Assembly (NCBI RefSeq): GCF_006345805.1
Contig: NC_043008.1
Location: 27,652,001 to 27,716,000 of the forward strand
Direction: 5' to 3'
DNA: 64,000 nucleotides
Source of the DNA: Octopus sinensis
Taxonomy: Eukaryota
Shown here: positions 26,330 to 40,583 of the stretch, piece by piece
Numbering within the stretch: position 1 is the stretch's first letter
Layout: every line of letters starts with the position of its first letter
Made by a program: the position numbers and the translations under genes
Notes under the pieces: model-generated
What the model was told of the DNA's origin: nothing
The model's input: only the letters and a program-made list of their open reading frames with translations
Database searches by the model: none

Positions 26330-27020
26330 TTTGCTATATTTTAGTGACAAATCATGTCACTAAAATCTTTTAATCTTCAAGTTAAAATAAAAAAGAGCCT
26401 AGAGTCAATGTAGGGGCTATCGTGTTGCACCGTCTGAAGCAACATTTCTCTAAGTTCTCTGATCCCACGCTAATACTATGTCTTATCCTTCGAGACGTAG
26501 AACTCTTTCATTGAAAATTCCATCAGCTCTTGGTTGAGGAAGTGTCACAATCGCAGGTCGTGAGCTATGAATCGGAACACGTAATAATCCGTGAGGACAC
26601 ATCCGGACTATATGTTGGGTGTGACATCAATTCAATTTTCTCAAGTTCTTAGAGTTTATTCCGGGTCGTTCCGCCAGTATGTTTTCTGTTAACAAATGAG
26701 AATATTTAAACAAATGAGGGTACAATGGCATCAGTGAGATGCCGAATTGGCCTGATATCGCCAGAGTGCCTTTTTTTTTGCTTGGGGTTCGACAGAAGAA
26801 TCAACTATTTTAGCAATATCTGACCTTGTCAGATAGTAAAATTCTTGTAAGCTGAAAGAAATATATCGAATATATCGAATCCTCTGCTTTCTCTACTGTG
26901 ATTAACTGTAACTTCACATTTTTTGCACAACCAATGTTTTTCGTTGCATCTGCAATGTTATGGCTCACTTCGAATAAGGAAAGCATACGTTCCCTAATTA
27001 GACTACACTGCATATTCATC
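26330..27020 (-). mobile_element. mariner-type transposon remnant
   Basis: N-terminal IRERML..FE.SHN.A.ATKNI (26810-27019) and C-terminal HPTYSPDVS/TDYYVFRF (~26570-26620), matching the YSPDLAPSDY signature. Confidence 0.7.
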
Positions 27021-27099
27021 TGTGCAGATTCGAGATTACATACGGATTGAGGTAACGTACGTGCTCAGCGCAACAACTACCACGATACTAGTAACCTCA

Positions 27100-27850
27100 G
27101 ATAATATCTTCCAGCGCTTGAACAGTTTTGGTCACCTGATATATAGGAGATGATGTAGAAGTGGAGACTGTGTCGATGAGTGTGGGGCTGAAAAGGATTG
27201 AAATTAAGTCGACGTATCTGGTAGAGAATATTAAGAAACCAGTGAAACTAATGATTGTATGCGGGAAGCCACTGGTATTGGTTGAGGACTTCCTGTATCT
27301 CGGAGGAAATACTTGGAACACAGAGGGTGGTAGAGTTGAGAGGAAGAGCAAAGACTGGGCAGCATACCACAGTTTGGACTCTTGCAAAGACCTGAAGATC
27401 CTTCTTTTCTTTGCTGCAATGGAGTCTGCTGTTGGATGGGTGTGAGACTTGGACACTGAACAAGCAACTCACTCAGATGGAGGATGGGTGCTGCACAAGA
27501 ATACCGAGGATGTCTCTGAAGATTAGTCAGTATACTCTGAGGATGAAGAACTCAGAGTTCAACGACATCTTCCCAATAGTTTGATCGAAAATAACAGAGG
27601 GGAGACTGAAGTTAGTTGGACATGCTCACCGTCATTTAGAGTTGATACTGCACTCAGTACTTCTGTGAGAGCCCCTACCTGGACACATTTGAAGTGGGAA
27701 ACCGAGGATGAGACATGTTGATGCCCTAATGACAGACACTGGTTTCTGGGAGAAACAGGACTTGGGAGCGATGATGAGGAACAAAGACCGCAGGAGAGAA
27801 CTCGCCCATGGTTGTTGGGAATTTTACCCGCAATAGGTATATATGTCGCA
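27100..27850 (+). mobile_element. RTE-type LINE 3' fragment
   Basis: VEDFLYLG...RKSKDWAA.H.L...LKILLFFAAMES...GCETW, followed by remnants of LHK..TRM and RRLKLVGH..RH. Confidence 0.75.
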
Positions 27851-29289
27851 AACCAGCACATTTACAGATATTGCAGAATTTGGACTCGTCTAATTCTATG
27901 CTAAAATTGAGAAAATCAGAAAATGAAAACAAAAATGATTTAAGATAATCTATAGTTGAAAACAATGAATTTGGTTTCTTATAAATATCGTATATACCGT
28001 AGTCTTAACTAGTTTTTAGCTGAATTGCAATTTTACTGGAAGTTTATTAATTAGATAGCTTTTTAAGAAAAAAGTGTAATGGAGGGGTTGTGAACTGAGA
28101 ATACGTTCAGAAAACCAATGTGCAAGCTAATTGAGTGGCTGAAGGAAAGATCAGAGTCAGGCACATGTTGGTGATTATGCACTTGAAAGAGATTTATGAA
28201 TGTATAGCATTTATGTTGCGAAATTACTGGGCTTCTTTTTATCAAAGAATAGCGTATGACGCTAGATCATTACGCGAAGTGTTAGAGCAGTTAGTTTTTG
28301 ATATATAAAGAAACTACTGTACTGGCATTGAGGAAACGAATCAGCTTCCTTTTAATTCTTACTCATTTTCACTCAATTTTCTGCAAAAAATCTTTTTAAG
28401 TGTCTGTATTTAAGTTTCAGTGTTTGACATTAATGCTAAATAACACTTATGTTAACATGCTAATGGGATGCTATTAGGGGTGCTAATCAAGAATATACGA
28501 AAAATATATTTCGTTATGAAACCAGTGAAATCTCATTCATTTTCGAGATTTGCACGAAAATGTAATTTTACATATACATTTACACATATTGAATTTTAGA
28601 TGTATACAGATACTTTGATGGTTGCATCCAAAGTATTAAGATTTTGAAATATGTCCATTATATTATCAAGTGATATAACTATATCACTAATATATAACGT
28701 TCGCCTTATGAATAGGGATTTTTAACGCTGTGCATTTTCATGTGAGTTGCGAAACATGGTAATACTCACGGAACGCTTGAATAATTTAAATCGATAACAT
28801 TGACCCAATATAATTAAAAGCAGAATGTAAGGGAATTCAAATATTGTTATATACCGGTATATATTACATTTGAAAAACATCAGACATAGATCACTTCCTT
28901 TCTTGGTTCACATTTCATCTCCCTTGATATGATGAAGTTAATATTTCGACCCCAGAAGATTTCAAAACGTAAACGCAATAAATTATTAAATAAACTGATG
29001 TGTTTCACCGAACATACTATTATAACTGTCAGTTATCATGGTAGAATTATATTATGGAGCGGTTAACATTATTTTAATTTTTGTTACTAGTATTTTTATT
29101 CTCTGGAACAAATGTAGAAGCACGACCCTATACAATCATTATAATAGATGTTCATTGCTGAAATTACTTTCGTTACAAATTATTAACGTTACACTAATTT
29201 TCGATTCTTTTCGCAAATTATTAGTTTCTAATTTTGGAACACAACCAGCAATTTCGGGGGAGGGAACAAGACGATTACATCGAGCTTGA

Positions 29290-29430
29290 GTGGTGCTTAT
29301 TTAATCGATCTCGAACGGATGAAAGACAAAGTCGACCTCGGTTGTAGTTGAACTCAGAACGTAGCGACGGAAGAAATGCCGCTAAGCATTATAACCCGCA
29401 TATTAACGATTGCGCCAGCTAACCACCTTA
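29290..29430 (-). mobile_element. tRNA-derived SINE family 2 copy
   Basis: ATCGATCTCGAACGGATGAAAGACAAAGTCGACCTCGG-GAACTCAGAACGTA-GCTAAGCATT-GCCAGCT. Confidence 0.75.
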
Positions 29431-30269
29431 AAATATGTTCCCTAATTATGAACGCCATTTTGTGTCTTTCACGAAGCTAAGTGGGAAAATATTATCCCGG
29501 GACATTTTTGCTTTGTCCTCGAACCATACTTCTATAATCATATAGATAATTAGTATTTTACCGAACATCATCATAATCTATTCATATTTGATGAAAACCA
29601 GAAAACAGAAACACGGCGAAGCCAATTCTGCAAAGAAATTCACAAGTATGTCTAGCTACGGAGGTAATTTACAGCTCTTACCTCACTGCTGTTAAATGAA
29701 AATACACAAAGTAGCGTAAAAAAATTTGAATATCACGAAGAGAAAACCTTCTTCCATAAAGCTAAGTGATCAGTACTACTCGGGATCTAATCGACAACAT
29801 CTCACATACAAAATACATATATTTAAAATTTCCATTGTATAGTGAAAGTAAATGATAAAAACATTCAGGCAACATATTGCACAAGACCAAATGAAATAAT
29901 TGCAATAAGTTTTACACAATATAAATATTACTTATCGCGTGATAAATAAATGAAGATACTTATTTTTGATTCACAACAATTCAACTTCTATTCGTATTGG
30001 TTTCAAATTTTGGCCCTCTTGTGGAGGAGGTAAGTCGGTTGCATGGACTCCAGTTACTGATCTGGAGCTTGTTTTATCGTCCTCAAAATCATAATGGGCA
30101 AAGATGACTATAGCGGAATTTGATCTGAGAAAGTAAAGAAGGACGAAAGTCACTAAGCATTTTCCCCGGCGCAGTAACGATCTTGTCAGTTTTCCACGTT
30201 AACACTAGTGTAATATTGGTTTCAAATTTTGACATTAGGTTAACAGTTTCGTGTAATGGCGTAATCTGA

Positions 30270-30430
30270 TTACATTAACCCAAGTGTTTAACTGGTACTT
30301 CTGTTATCGACCACGAAAGGATGAAAAGCAGAGTCGACCTTGGTAAAATTAGAACTGAGAACATAAAGAGGGGTGGAATGCCGCTAAGTACTTTTCCCGG
30401 TGCGCTACGTTTTCTGCAGCTCACCTCCTT
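30270..30430 (-). mobile_element. tRNA-derived SINE family 2 copy
   Basis: Same body motif (ATCGACCACGAAAGGATGAAAAGCAGAGTCGACCTTGG). Confidence 0.7.
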
Positions 30431-30689
30431 AAGTTCTATTAATATTAAAAACTGATTGACTGTATGCCCGTTATGTGCAAAACATGTAAAATACACTTAA
30501 ATCCACATGTCAATACATTTTGCTTGCTCTCGTAATAAACGTGATCTAGAACGCATACCACAATGGGGACACACGATTCTTCAAATACGTTCTCGCTTTG
30601 TCTACACACCATACTTCCAAAAGCATATAGATAATTAATATTTTACTTAACATCATCATACTACATTCTAACAACTTATCTAAATACGG

Positions 30690-31790
30690 ACACACTATTC
30701 CCGAATCGGACCGATTTCTGGATTAATCCAGAAGGATTCTTCCTTCTTCAGCTGAGAATAAATGGGACATTTACATATACACACGGAAAAAGCAGACGTA
30801 AAATCATGTGTACATTTAAGTGCACCAAATGTTTCATAGAAGGCCACAGCACACGTGTAAACGACCAGGAAACTCCCGTAAGGTGGTGAGCAGTCCCGAA
30901 ATGAATGGTAATAAATTCACTTCTAATATGAGGATGGAAGTTTTTACCAAAACAAGAAAACTTATCGGTGGCCAGCATATTAAATTATGTTTTAAGGTGA
31001 AAATTATAAACATTTATAAATAAAGGCAAAAGAAAGGAAACTTCAATGCCAATATGCTGAATATAGTCTAACCATATACAATATTTTTCAATATATATAC
31101 ACCACGTGTTGAAACTACGAAAGCAAACTAACAGATTTTAAAATTCGTTATTCCCGAATCGGACCGATCATTTGTAAGGAAAAACATTGTATGTCGTTAG
31201 ACAATCTAAAGTCTACTTTTCAGCATATTGGCTTCAAAACTTTTTCTTTTGCCCTTATTTATATTTGTTTATAACGTTCACCTTAAAATGTATTTTCATA
31301 TACTGGCAATATATAATTTTTTTTTTGAACTTCTTATCCTTTTATAAGAAGTAAATTTATTACCATTCACTTCTAGACTGCTAGCCACTTTGCGTGTGCT
31401 AAGGCTTGCGACGAAATTTCTCTTTAGATACATTTGGGGCACATAAATGCATTCATGATTTTGCGTCTGCTTTTCCAGTTGGTATATATAAGTATTGCAT
31501 GTATTCTTATTGCGTTTCTCGCGGAAGAAGGAAGAATCCTTTTGGATTAATTCAGACATCGGTCCAATTCAGGAATAATGATTTTAAAAAAATTCTCTTA
31601 GCTTGCTTTCCACGTTTCAGCAGGCTTTGTATTTATAGTGAAAAATATTGTATGTGGTTAAACGGTCTAAATTCTATTTTTTAGCATATTGGCATAAAAT
31701 ATTTCTTTTCTTTGCCCTTATTTGCAATTGTTTATAATTTTCACCTTAAAAGGTATCTTAATATGGTGGGCATGGTGGCCACTGATAAAA
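30690..31790. repeat. Complex fold-back repeat (MITE-like)
   Basis: 30700-31075 recurs inverted at 31215-31570 and partly at 31670-31790. TATTCCCGAATCGGACCGAT occurs at ~30696 and ~31149. Confidence 0.7.
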
Positions 31791-31851
31791 GTTTTGTGGA
31801 AGATTTTATCCTAATATTAGAAGTGCATCTATCTATTTCTCTCTCTTTCTC

Positions 31852-31986
<135 letters not shown>

Positions 31987-31993
31987 ATATATG

Positions 31994-32053
<60 letters not shown>

Positions 32054-32055
32054 CT

Positions 32056-32368
32056 GTGGAGGCGCAATGGCCCAGTGGTTAGGGCAGCGGACTCGCGGTC
32101 GTAGGATCGCGGTTTCGATTCCCAGACCGGGCATTGTGAGTGTTTATTGAGCGAAAACACCTAAAGCTTCACGAAGCTGGTAGTGAACCCTAATGTACTT
32201 TTTCACCACAACTTTCTCTCACTCTGTCTTCCTGTTTCTGTTGTACCTGTATTTCAAAGGGCCAGCCTTGTCACACTCTGTGTCACGCTGAATCTCCTCG
32301 AGAACTTGCTCAGCCACTTGCACGTTAATTCCACGAGCAAGCTGTTCCGTTGATCGTATCAGCTGGGA
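32056..32368 (+). mobile_element. tRNA-derived SINE family 1 copy, 3'-truncated
   Basis: Near-identical head and body to 19844-20227. Confidence 0.88.
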
Positions 32369-32369
32369 T

Positions 32370-33900
32370 TTTGTAATGGGTTATCTACAACTCAAAATAC
32401 ACCAATAATTACTACAAAAATATGGCACCTAATTCCATTGCTATTTAAAGGAGAACTGGAAGAGGTATTTGGAGAAACGCTATCTACTTTGGAATGATAG
32501 CATTGACAAACTCCTCAATTTCTAAATAATGCTCAAGAATATCAATAGCAACATACAATTCACTATGGAGCACAGCAATAATCAGCTCCCTTTTGTTAAC
32601 ATTTTAATTAAAATAGTCAATAACCACATCGAAACAGACATCTTCTCTAAACCCACAGATTCAAACAATATATATTATTCAACTCATGCCACCCCAAACA
32701 TATAAAAATTAATATACCTTATAATCTAGCTAAAAGAACATGTACCGTAGTTTTGGACACCTATACTCCTGGACGAAGAAACCTTGAACTCAGATAAATG
32801 CTAACCAAAAGACATTACCCAATATAATTAATAAATGATGACATTAAACGAGCAAAGGAAATATGAACATTAAGGGACGTCAACCGAAATACTACGCCAA
32901 ACTTTAAAATATTACCATATATCTCCACACATAACCTTATAAACAATGAAACCTTCAATATTATTATCCACAATCTACCCATCGTCACAGGATATAAAAC
33001 AATAAAAAAATTAGGCTCACACAAAATTATCAAACGCAAAATGCAACCTAAATCATTGAAAAATATTAACCAGTGCAAGACTATATCCATTAACATCGGA
33101 ACCAAAAGTGAAAAAAATGCAGTCGACATAACTGTAGCACATGCACCGAACTTTTGGAAGGGACTCAGCTCGACTTTAAACAAGGTGAAATAGTTAAGAT
33201 TAAATCAAATTTCACCTCTGCCTCGGAAAATCTAATCGATGCCATTACATGCTTAGGGTGCGGTAATCAGTATATTGGCAAAAGAGAAATATCACTCCGT
33301 CGAAGAACCCCTCTCCACAAAGAACAAATCCCCCACCCACAATACAGACAGATACAGCTCAGTGAACACATAGAAATGTCTGCTAGAAAAATTATCCTAA
33401 CTTCCTAATTTTCCCCTTCTATCACTGTTCACAGAACACCTCAGTACAGCAAAGAAGGAATAAAGAGGCAATTTTCATCAATAGGTAGGTCCCACAACTC
33501 CATATGAACAGATAACATAATGCAGAACACTACTAACCTTTCAGTTAATACCACTAAGCCTCACACATCCCACACACCATTCACATTACAGTATTATGTC
33601 TATCGTAATTCAGAATTACTTACGTCCCTTATACATAATCTTTTTACTCAGGGACTAGTAGACCCGACACCGTTCGGTAATTGGTGCGCATTCAAAGCCA
33701 GTGAACAAAACCGGTATACATTTGGATTTATTTACCAATTCACAATAATGACTGTTGTTACTTTTATTCCTATCTCAGTTCATCTAATTGTATAAATATA
33801 TCGTTTCTTTTCATAAAGAGCCTTTATTGTTCTGGTTTCAAATGTGCATTTTCGTTTTTTATTCTTCTCACTTCCCCCTTACATTTCCACGCGTAGTCTC
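32370..33900 (+). mobile_element. Penelope-like element, degraded 3' half (RT thumb plus GIY-YIG)
   Basis: FTMEHSNNQLPFVNILIK...IETDIF.KPTDS, SCHP, and ORF 33154-33408 IKSNFT.ASENLI.AI.C.GC..QYIG...SLRRR..LH..QI; homologous to the elements at 51-53 kb and 62-63 kb. Confidence 0.85.
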
Positions 33901-34088
33901 TATTACCTTTTTGTAAATATTTATATTATATTCTGTTATATATATATATATATATATATATATAATGGTTTATAAATAGCAACCCAAAAGACAGCTAATT
34001 CTTTTCACTACAAATATGACTCCACAGACAACTATATTTTTAACTCTCATCGGCAAAAGGAAGAAAAAATGACGAAATCAAACAGTCT

Positions 34089-34161
<73 letters not shown>

Positions 34162-36235
34162 TCATTTATCAACGAGAATATTATGGGACCTGAAACCTGA
34201 TAAATTTGAATTTCATTGAAATTACTGTAGTATATAAAAGAAGAGAATAGTAAGCTTACACCTACAGTTAAACAATCAGTCCGAGCAGACCTTGTTTGAA
34301 ATCGTGTCTTCACTGTCCGAATGCTACACTGTTGTTTAGGGGGAGAACTTCTCAGTCCTTCATGAAATGACTTTTAATGTTTGCGAAAGAGTGAAGCAGA
34401 GTTCATAATGCAATGCAAGAAGAAAGCAAAACATGTTCTAATCAGTTCTGGCTATGAAGAAATTGAAAGTGGCTTTAGAGAGCAATACTTACGCCTCTAT
34501 CAACGATTATCTGAAACTAAAGGTCTAGTAATCACTGTTCTCTTGACCTGGGAGAAACGTGTAGAGCTGTAAAAAGTTTGAAAAATGCATTTTAACAGGT
34601 GTATTCGAAAATCCTGTCTGTCAGCAACATATTATATTTAAACTTTTGTACAACAATGTTCAACAGTGACATTACCACGCAATATATTTGATGACTAACT
34701 GAAAATAACATCAATATAGAATGTGTTTCCAATTCTCATGTTACGTTATTTCATATATGTGATAGTATTAAGCACATTATATTATCTCCACCTCTTAATA
34801 AAAGCAAATCTCGGTGAATTGGTGAAAACAATAATTTCTAATGCACACCTCCATAAATATATATTTCTTTCTCCTTTTATAAACCTCACATTTATTTGTC
34901 TTTATTATCCTTTCTACGACATAATTTCCCGGTATATGGAGCATAAGTACTACGTAATTCTTTTGTATACATTTATGTTGATAAATATCTGTACGTACAG
35001 CTTATGGTGTCAGCTTTTGTTCTTTCTATCATTGAAAAGTTATTTGCAGTCGCATACAGCCAGCAATTTTCATACTTGGTTTTAACTGCCATATAATGTA
35101 ATAATAGAGGAATGCACGGCAATCGCAAAAATCGGCAATGTGATAGAATTAATCCCGAAATGTCATTGTTTACGTCTTCCTCCAATTTATTATTTATCCC
35201 ACTCTCTTTCTCCCTCCCTCTTTTTCTCTCCTACCTCTTTTTCACTCTCTGTCTCTTTAATGTATTTTCTTAGCATGTATCGACTTCATTTTCTGAAGAG
35301 TGCAGGTTGTGTATATAGATATGTTATATCGGTCTCAATCATTCAATCTACTGGAATGTGTCAATTATTAAATCTAAGTGATAGATGCTATTCACTAAGA
35401 CTTGAATGTGATTTGGTGGTTTTGGTGATTTCTGCTTCTCACATTTAATCGTAGATTCCGTACACTGTAAGTGTATCAGTGATATATTGCACAAATATCA
35501 CTATGCGAAACCCCAGGTTTCAATAGCAAATATCAAGAAATGACATTTATTTTAGCTCTCAAATCATATCTCACATTTTGCCGTTGTAGGTATACTTGAA
35601 ATGCTATTTAATACTTCCATTAGAAAAAGATCCAATTTTGTTAATTGATGTACATAATAATTAGGAACTCATTCAGCAGTTTCGTTGTACATATTTAATT
35701 ATCCAGCAAAATTTCTGATAATTATAAAGCAAAATATGAGCTGAGCTGTATATGTTAGCAATCATTATTGTCCGTGATAGAAAAGAATTCCTACGTCTAA
35801 TAGTAGAATATGGTAGAGACAAGAAGACTGAGCAACGAAAATCTAAGTGAATAACAGGCTACTCAGTAGTCTCTCAGAAAATAAACACAATATACAATAT
35901 ACAATATACAACCGTTGATAAATCTGAAAGACGCAACAGCTGTCTATAACAGGAAATCTGAATTCCTAAGTCATAGATGAATGACTCTCGTACGTATATC
36001 ATTTTAAGGTGATTTCTTTGCGTCTTTCTTACGTTTATTCAAGACAGAAAATTTCTAACAACAAATGGCGAGTAATAACATGAACATAGATATTGTGCAG
36101 TATATACCAGCATTATTTTATACAGCGACACCAAGACGTCTTATTGATTCGGGTGTAAGCGTGCATGAGAAAACTACCTTAGTGCTGTGTGTCAAATCAC
36201 ACAAGTACAAAGACATCTATCTATATATATGCATA

Positions 36236-36279
<44 letters not shown>

Positions 36280-36545
36280 CACACACACACGCACACACAC
36301 ACACACACATACACACACACATATATATATATATATAATATATATATATACATATATACATATATATACCTTGATAAAATATAACATATATATATATAAA
36401 TACAACTATATATTTACATATCTATCTAACTCTCTCTATATATATATATTTCCATCTCTCTCTATATATATGTATATATATATATATATATATATAGCAA
36501 TAATAATTCTCTAAATGAGATATAGACAGTAACTGCTCCATAACA

Positions 36546-36879
36546 TAAGGGACTAAAGCCATCTGAATATGGATAGGGACAGGGCAGGGTGGTGGGGGTG
36601 TTACTGTTGCATTTAGCCCCAGGCGAACATCAACGTCGCCAGATAGGCTTGACACCATCACGGCGTCCTCTATCCTGCAAAGGGAGATAATTCCCCGATG
36701 AAGCGGAGGTCCGTGTGTGGTTTCCGCTTCATCGGGGAATTATCTCCCTTTGCAGGATAGAGGACGCCGTGATGATGTCAAGCCTATCTGGCGACGTTGA
36801 TGTTCGCCTGGGGCTAAATGCAACAGTAACACCCCCACCACCCTGCCCTGTCCCTAGCCATATTCAGATGGCTTTAGTC

Positions 36880-36884
<5 letters not shown>
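36546..36884. repeat. Near-perfect 340 bp hairpin (162 bp arms, 15 bp spacer)
   Basis: 36546-36707 is the reverse complement of 36723-36884. Confidence 0.95.
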
Positions 36885-36904
<20 letters not shown>

Positions 36905-36917
<13 letters not shown>

Positions 36918-37282
36918 GGCAGTTTGTCTGTGCGTGTTTCTGTGTGTCTGTTTGCTTGTACCCTCACCCTGACCACGGCTTTCAACCGACTCTGATGAAA
37001 CTTGACACACACATAGCCCAATGTCATAATTCAAAACTAATGCAGCGAAAATTTTGAAAAGTTCCCCCAGTTCTGAAAAAAATCGATAAATTCGACATGG
37101 GGTCGAGAATCAGAAACACAAACCGCAAACTGTCTAGGGGACGCAACTCCACCTTTTTTAACTAAAAACAAAAATATACCATCATTTTTTTCCATTTTTT
37201 TGCTATTTTTTGGCTATAACTCTAAAAATGCTTTATAGTTATTTCCCTTACAAACCTGAGCAACGCCGGGCGATACTGCTAG
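36905..37282 (+). mobile_element. Non-autonomous Helitron-like element
   Basis: Ends GAGCAACGCCGGGCGATACTGCTAG followed by T; internal ACCGACTCTGATGAAACTTG motif; 3' end shared with 42235-42626. Confidence 0.7.
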
Positions 37283-37329
37283 TATATATATATATATATG
37301 TATGTGTATATATGTATGTATATACAGCA

Positions 37330-38340
37330 AATAAGGAAGTGGAGAGGATACAAAATCGACTGACATCACCCGGTAAACATTTCCGCGTATCTATTTATTC
37401 AAATGTGTTAGATGAATACATACACATCTATTAGTGGTACAGATTATCAAATAGAAAGTGTTGGTAATATCAAAAACAAGGGTGTGGAAGCATATAATCA
37501 TATAGGAACAGGTGCTTCATTGAGTAAATGAGCAAATGAGTAAATGAGGAAATGAACATATTGTCATTAAAACTGAATGGGTGTGTGGGTGCTAGGTCCT
37601 TACGGCCGTTTCCGCCAAGACGCAACGTAATCTTACAGACCATCTCCATCTTTTCAGTGTTATGAAGGGATGAGCAGGTAAGGCTTGGATAATGAATGTA
37701 CCTTTAGGCGTCTTCAAAGGTTCTAGGTGGTTGGGAGCGCTAAAACAGATACAAAACAGTTAATAATAGATACAGTGTTTTTGTCTTATTAAAAAAGAGT
37801 AGAAAATTATAGGAGTAATAATAAGAACAAGCATGAGGATGTAAGTGAAGTGCATCTTACTATAATGGTTCAGGTATAGCAAGGGAAAATAAGATAAAGT
37901 CATCCCGTGATGTATTATAGGATCCGTGTTATTTCGTCCGGTGGTGGATAAGCGAATATAGTCGGTCTCCAGGGAAGCTTTTACATTAAGAATAATTTTA
38001 GGCAGTAGTTCACATGTTTACATAGAGCTTCATTGGTGGGTTTGAGAATATGGTCCAGGTTGTGGAGGTGAAAGTTTATATGCAAAGTGCCAGGTAGTAG
38101 GTGTAACGTTGCGAATAGTATGGCATAAGTAGCTTATGTTGATGAACCCACCTTGGGAAAATCGGTATATGAGTGCCTCAATGAGAGGAAGGAACCAGGT
38201 GGGGCCAAAATGCGATAGTATGTTCGTTGCAAATCTCGGAATCCCTATGTGTAGAGGGATGGGGTCATAGTTGTTCCTACAACCTAATTGGGCAGCTCTC
38301 TTTTGAAAACCATGACGTGGTTCTGCTTCGTTGATAGTTA
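37330..38340 (-). mobile_element. Possible very degraded LINE RT remnant (CR1/L2/Jockey-like)
   Basis: Only weak motifs: HGFQK and IY.DF.K-like sequence within ORF 38030-38371. Confidence 0.3.
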
Positions 38341-38679
38341 ATAAATTAAACAAAACAAATAAATAAAACAATGGTCAGCATTGGCAAGTGAACGAGCAAA
38401 ATAAAATTAATAAAACAAATAAGTAGGTAAGATATCTAAAATAATTTTGTCGCCGGCAGGCTGACAGCCTCCTGACAGGCGCGCTTCATGAATAACCATT
38501 GGACTAGCGATTCGGTTTACTCTTTGAAATTTTAGTTTCTTTCTAAGTAAAGTTAAATTATTATTAAATATTCATTTTTTAGATATTATTTATTTATTTA
38601 TTTAGTATCTTATTTTTCTTTATAACTTTATTTATTTATTTTAACAAGTGATCTTCATACATGGTCCGGATTTATCATT

Positions 38680-39053
38680 ATTAGCAGCAGCAGCAACAGT
38701 AGTTGGAGAACAAGCAGCAATATAACTATCAGCAGAAGCAGCAGCAGCAGCAGCGGCAGTTTTAATAGTAATTGTAGTGGCAGCTGCAACAGCAGCTGTG
38801 CCATTAGTAGTAGCAGCAATAGCAGCAGCAATAGCAGCAGCAATAGCAGCAGCAATAGCAACAGCAATAGTAGTAGCAGTAATAATAGTAGTGACCGCAG
38901 GGGCAGTTGTAATAAGCGCGGCTCATGTAAGTTATTATTATTTTTTTTATTATTATCGATATTATTATTAATATTATTATTATTATTATTATTATTTATA
39001 TTATTATTATTATATATTATTATTATATATTATATTATTATTATTATAATATA

Positions 39054-39100
<47 letters not shown>

Positions 39101-39111
39101 TTAATATTATT

Positions 39112-39142
<31 letters not shown>

Positions 39143-39199
39143 TTATTATTATTTATATTATTATTATTATTATTATATTATTATTATATTATTATTATA

Positions 39200-39245
<46 letters not shown>
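38680..39245. repeat. (GCA)n/(GTA)n/(TAT)n compound microsatellite
   Basis: Direct repeat runs. Confidence 0.92.
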
Positions 39246-39247
<2 letters not shown>

Positions 39248-39716
39248 CATTGAGTGGGAGAGCAGTACATTCCAGTAAAAATATGAAGGCCAATATAGCC
39301 ATAACAGTACCCGTCAGATAAGAGTACAACTATTGTGCGCGATATAGTGATCTCATACCATGATAAACAGCGCATGACCATGTAGGTTGGGCCCAGTTAT
39401 AATTTTATTCAGGTTTAGTACCTCATCCTGTTCAAAAGGTCCTGAATAATGATGATCAAAATACCCATGTTTCCAGAGGTGTATTGTTCAAAACGCAAAG
39501 AATTCCTCTCAACACATGGCTATGAAGCTCCCCCACTACTTCCGCTCACGATGAGAATTTCACAAATTGTCAGTCAATAAGGAGCATGCTCAATTGGTTA
39601 AGGTCAATCGACTGACAAGAAAATCTGTGATATTGAGCAGAATATTTGGTGAAGCCCATTCTTGATACCAAGTTAGAAGTATTATTGTTGTTGTTGTCGG
39701 TGATATAATAATAATG

Positions 39717-39765
<49 letters not shown>

Positions 39766-39828
39766 CAACAATAATAATAATAATAATAATTATTATTATT
39801 ATTATTATTATTACTATTATTATTATTA

Positions 39829-39865
<37 letters not shown>

Positions 39866-40339
39866 CATTGAGTGGGAGAGCAGTACATTCCAGTAAAAAT
39901 ATATGAAGGCCAATATAGCCATTAACAGTACCCGTCAGATAAGAGTACAACTATTTGTGCGCGATATAGTGATCTCATACCATGATAAACAGCGCATGAC
40001 CATGTAGGTTGGGCCCAGTTATAATTTTATTCAGGTTTAGTACCTCATCCTGTTCAAAAGGTCCCTGAATAATGATGATCAAAATACCCATGTTTCCAGA
40101 GGTGTATTGTTCAAAACGCAAAGAATTCCTCTCAACACATGGCTATGAAGCTCCCCCACTACTTCCGCTCACGATGAGAATTTCACAAATTGTCAGTCAA
40201 TAAGGAGCATGCTCAATTGGTTAAGGTCAATCGACTGACAAGAAAATCTGTGATATTGAGCAGAATATTTGGTGAAGCCCATTCTTGATACCAAGTTAGA
40301 AGTATTATTGTTGTTGTTGTCGGTGATATAATAATAATG

Positions 40340-40373
<34 letters not shown>

Positions 40374-40450
40374 CAACAATAATAATAATAATAATAATTA
40401 TTATTATTATTATTATTATTACTATTATTATTATTATCATTATTATTATT
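39243..40450. repeat. ~620 bp tandem duplication
   Basis: TTATCATTGAGTGGGAGAGCAG starts at ~39243 and ~39863; the copies are near-identical. Confidence 0.92.
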
Positions 40451-40541
40451 ATTATTATTATTATCATTATTAATAGTAATAATAGCAGTAGTAGTTGCAG
40501 CAGCAATACTAGTAGTAGTAGTAGTAGTAGTAGTTGTTGTT

Positions 40542-40583
<42 letters not shown>

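Noticed and set aside
34381-34572. Possible host exon (plus-strand ORF, or minus-strand acceptor TTTTTACAG near 34570)
   Set aside because: No recognisable motif; all minus frames stop quickly; no partner exons found.
36695-36735. CGATGAAGCGG at the hairpin centre as a hammerhead core
   Set aside because: No correctly placed stem II-GAAA-NUH.
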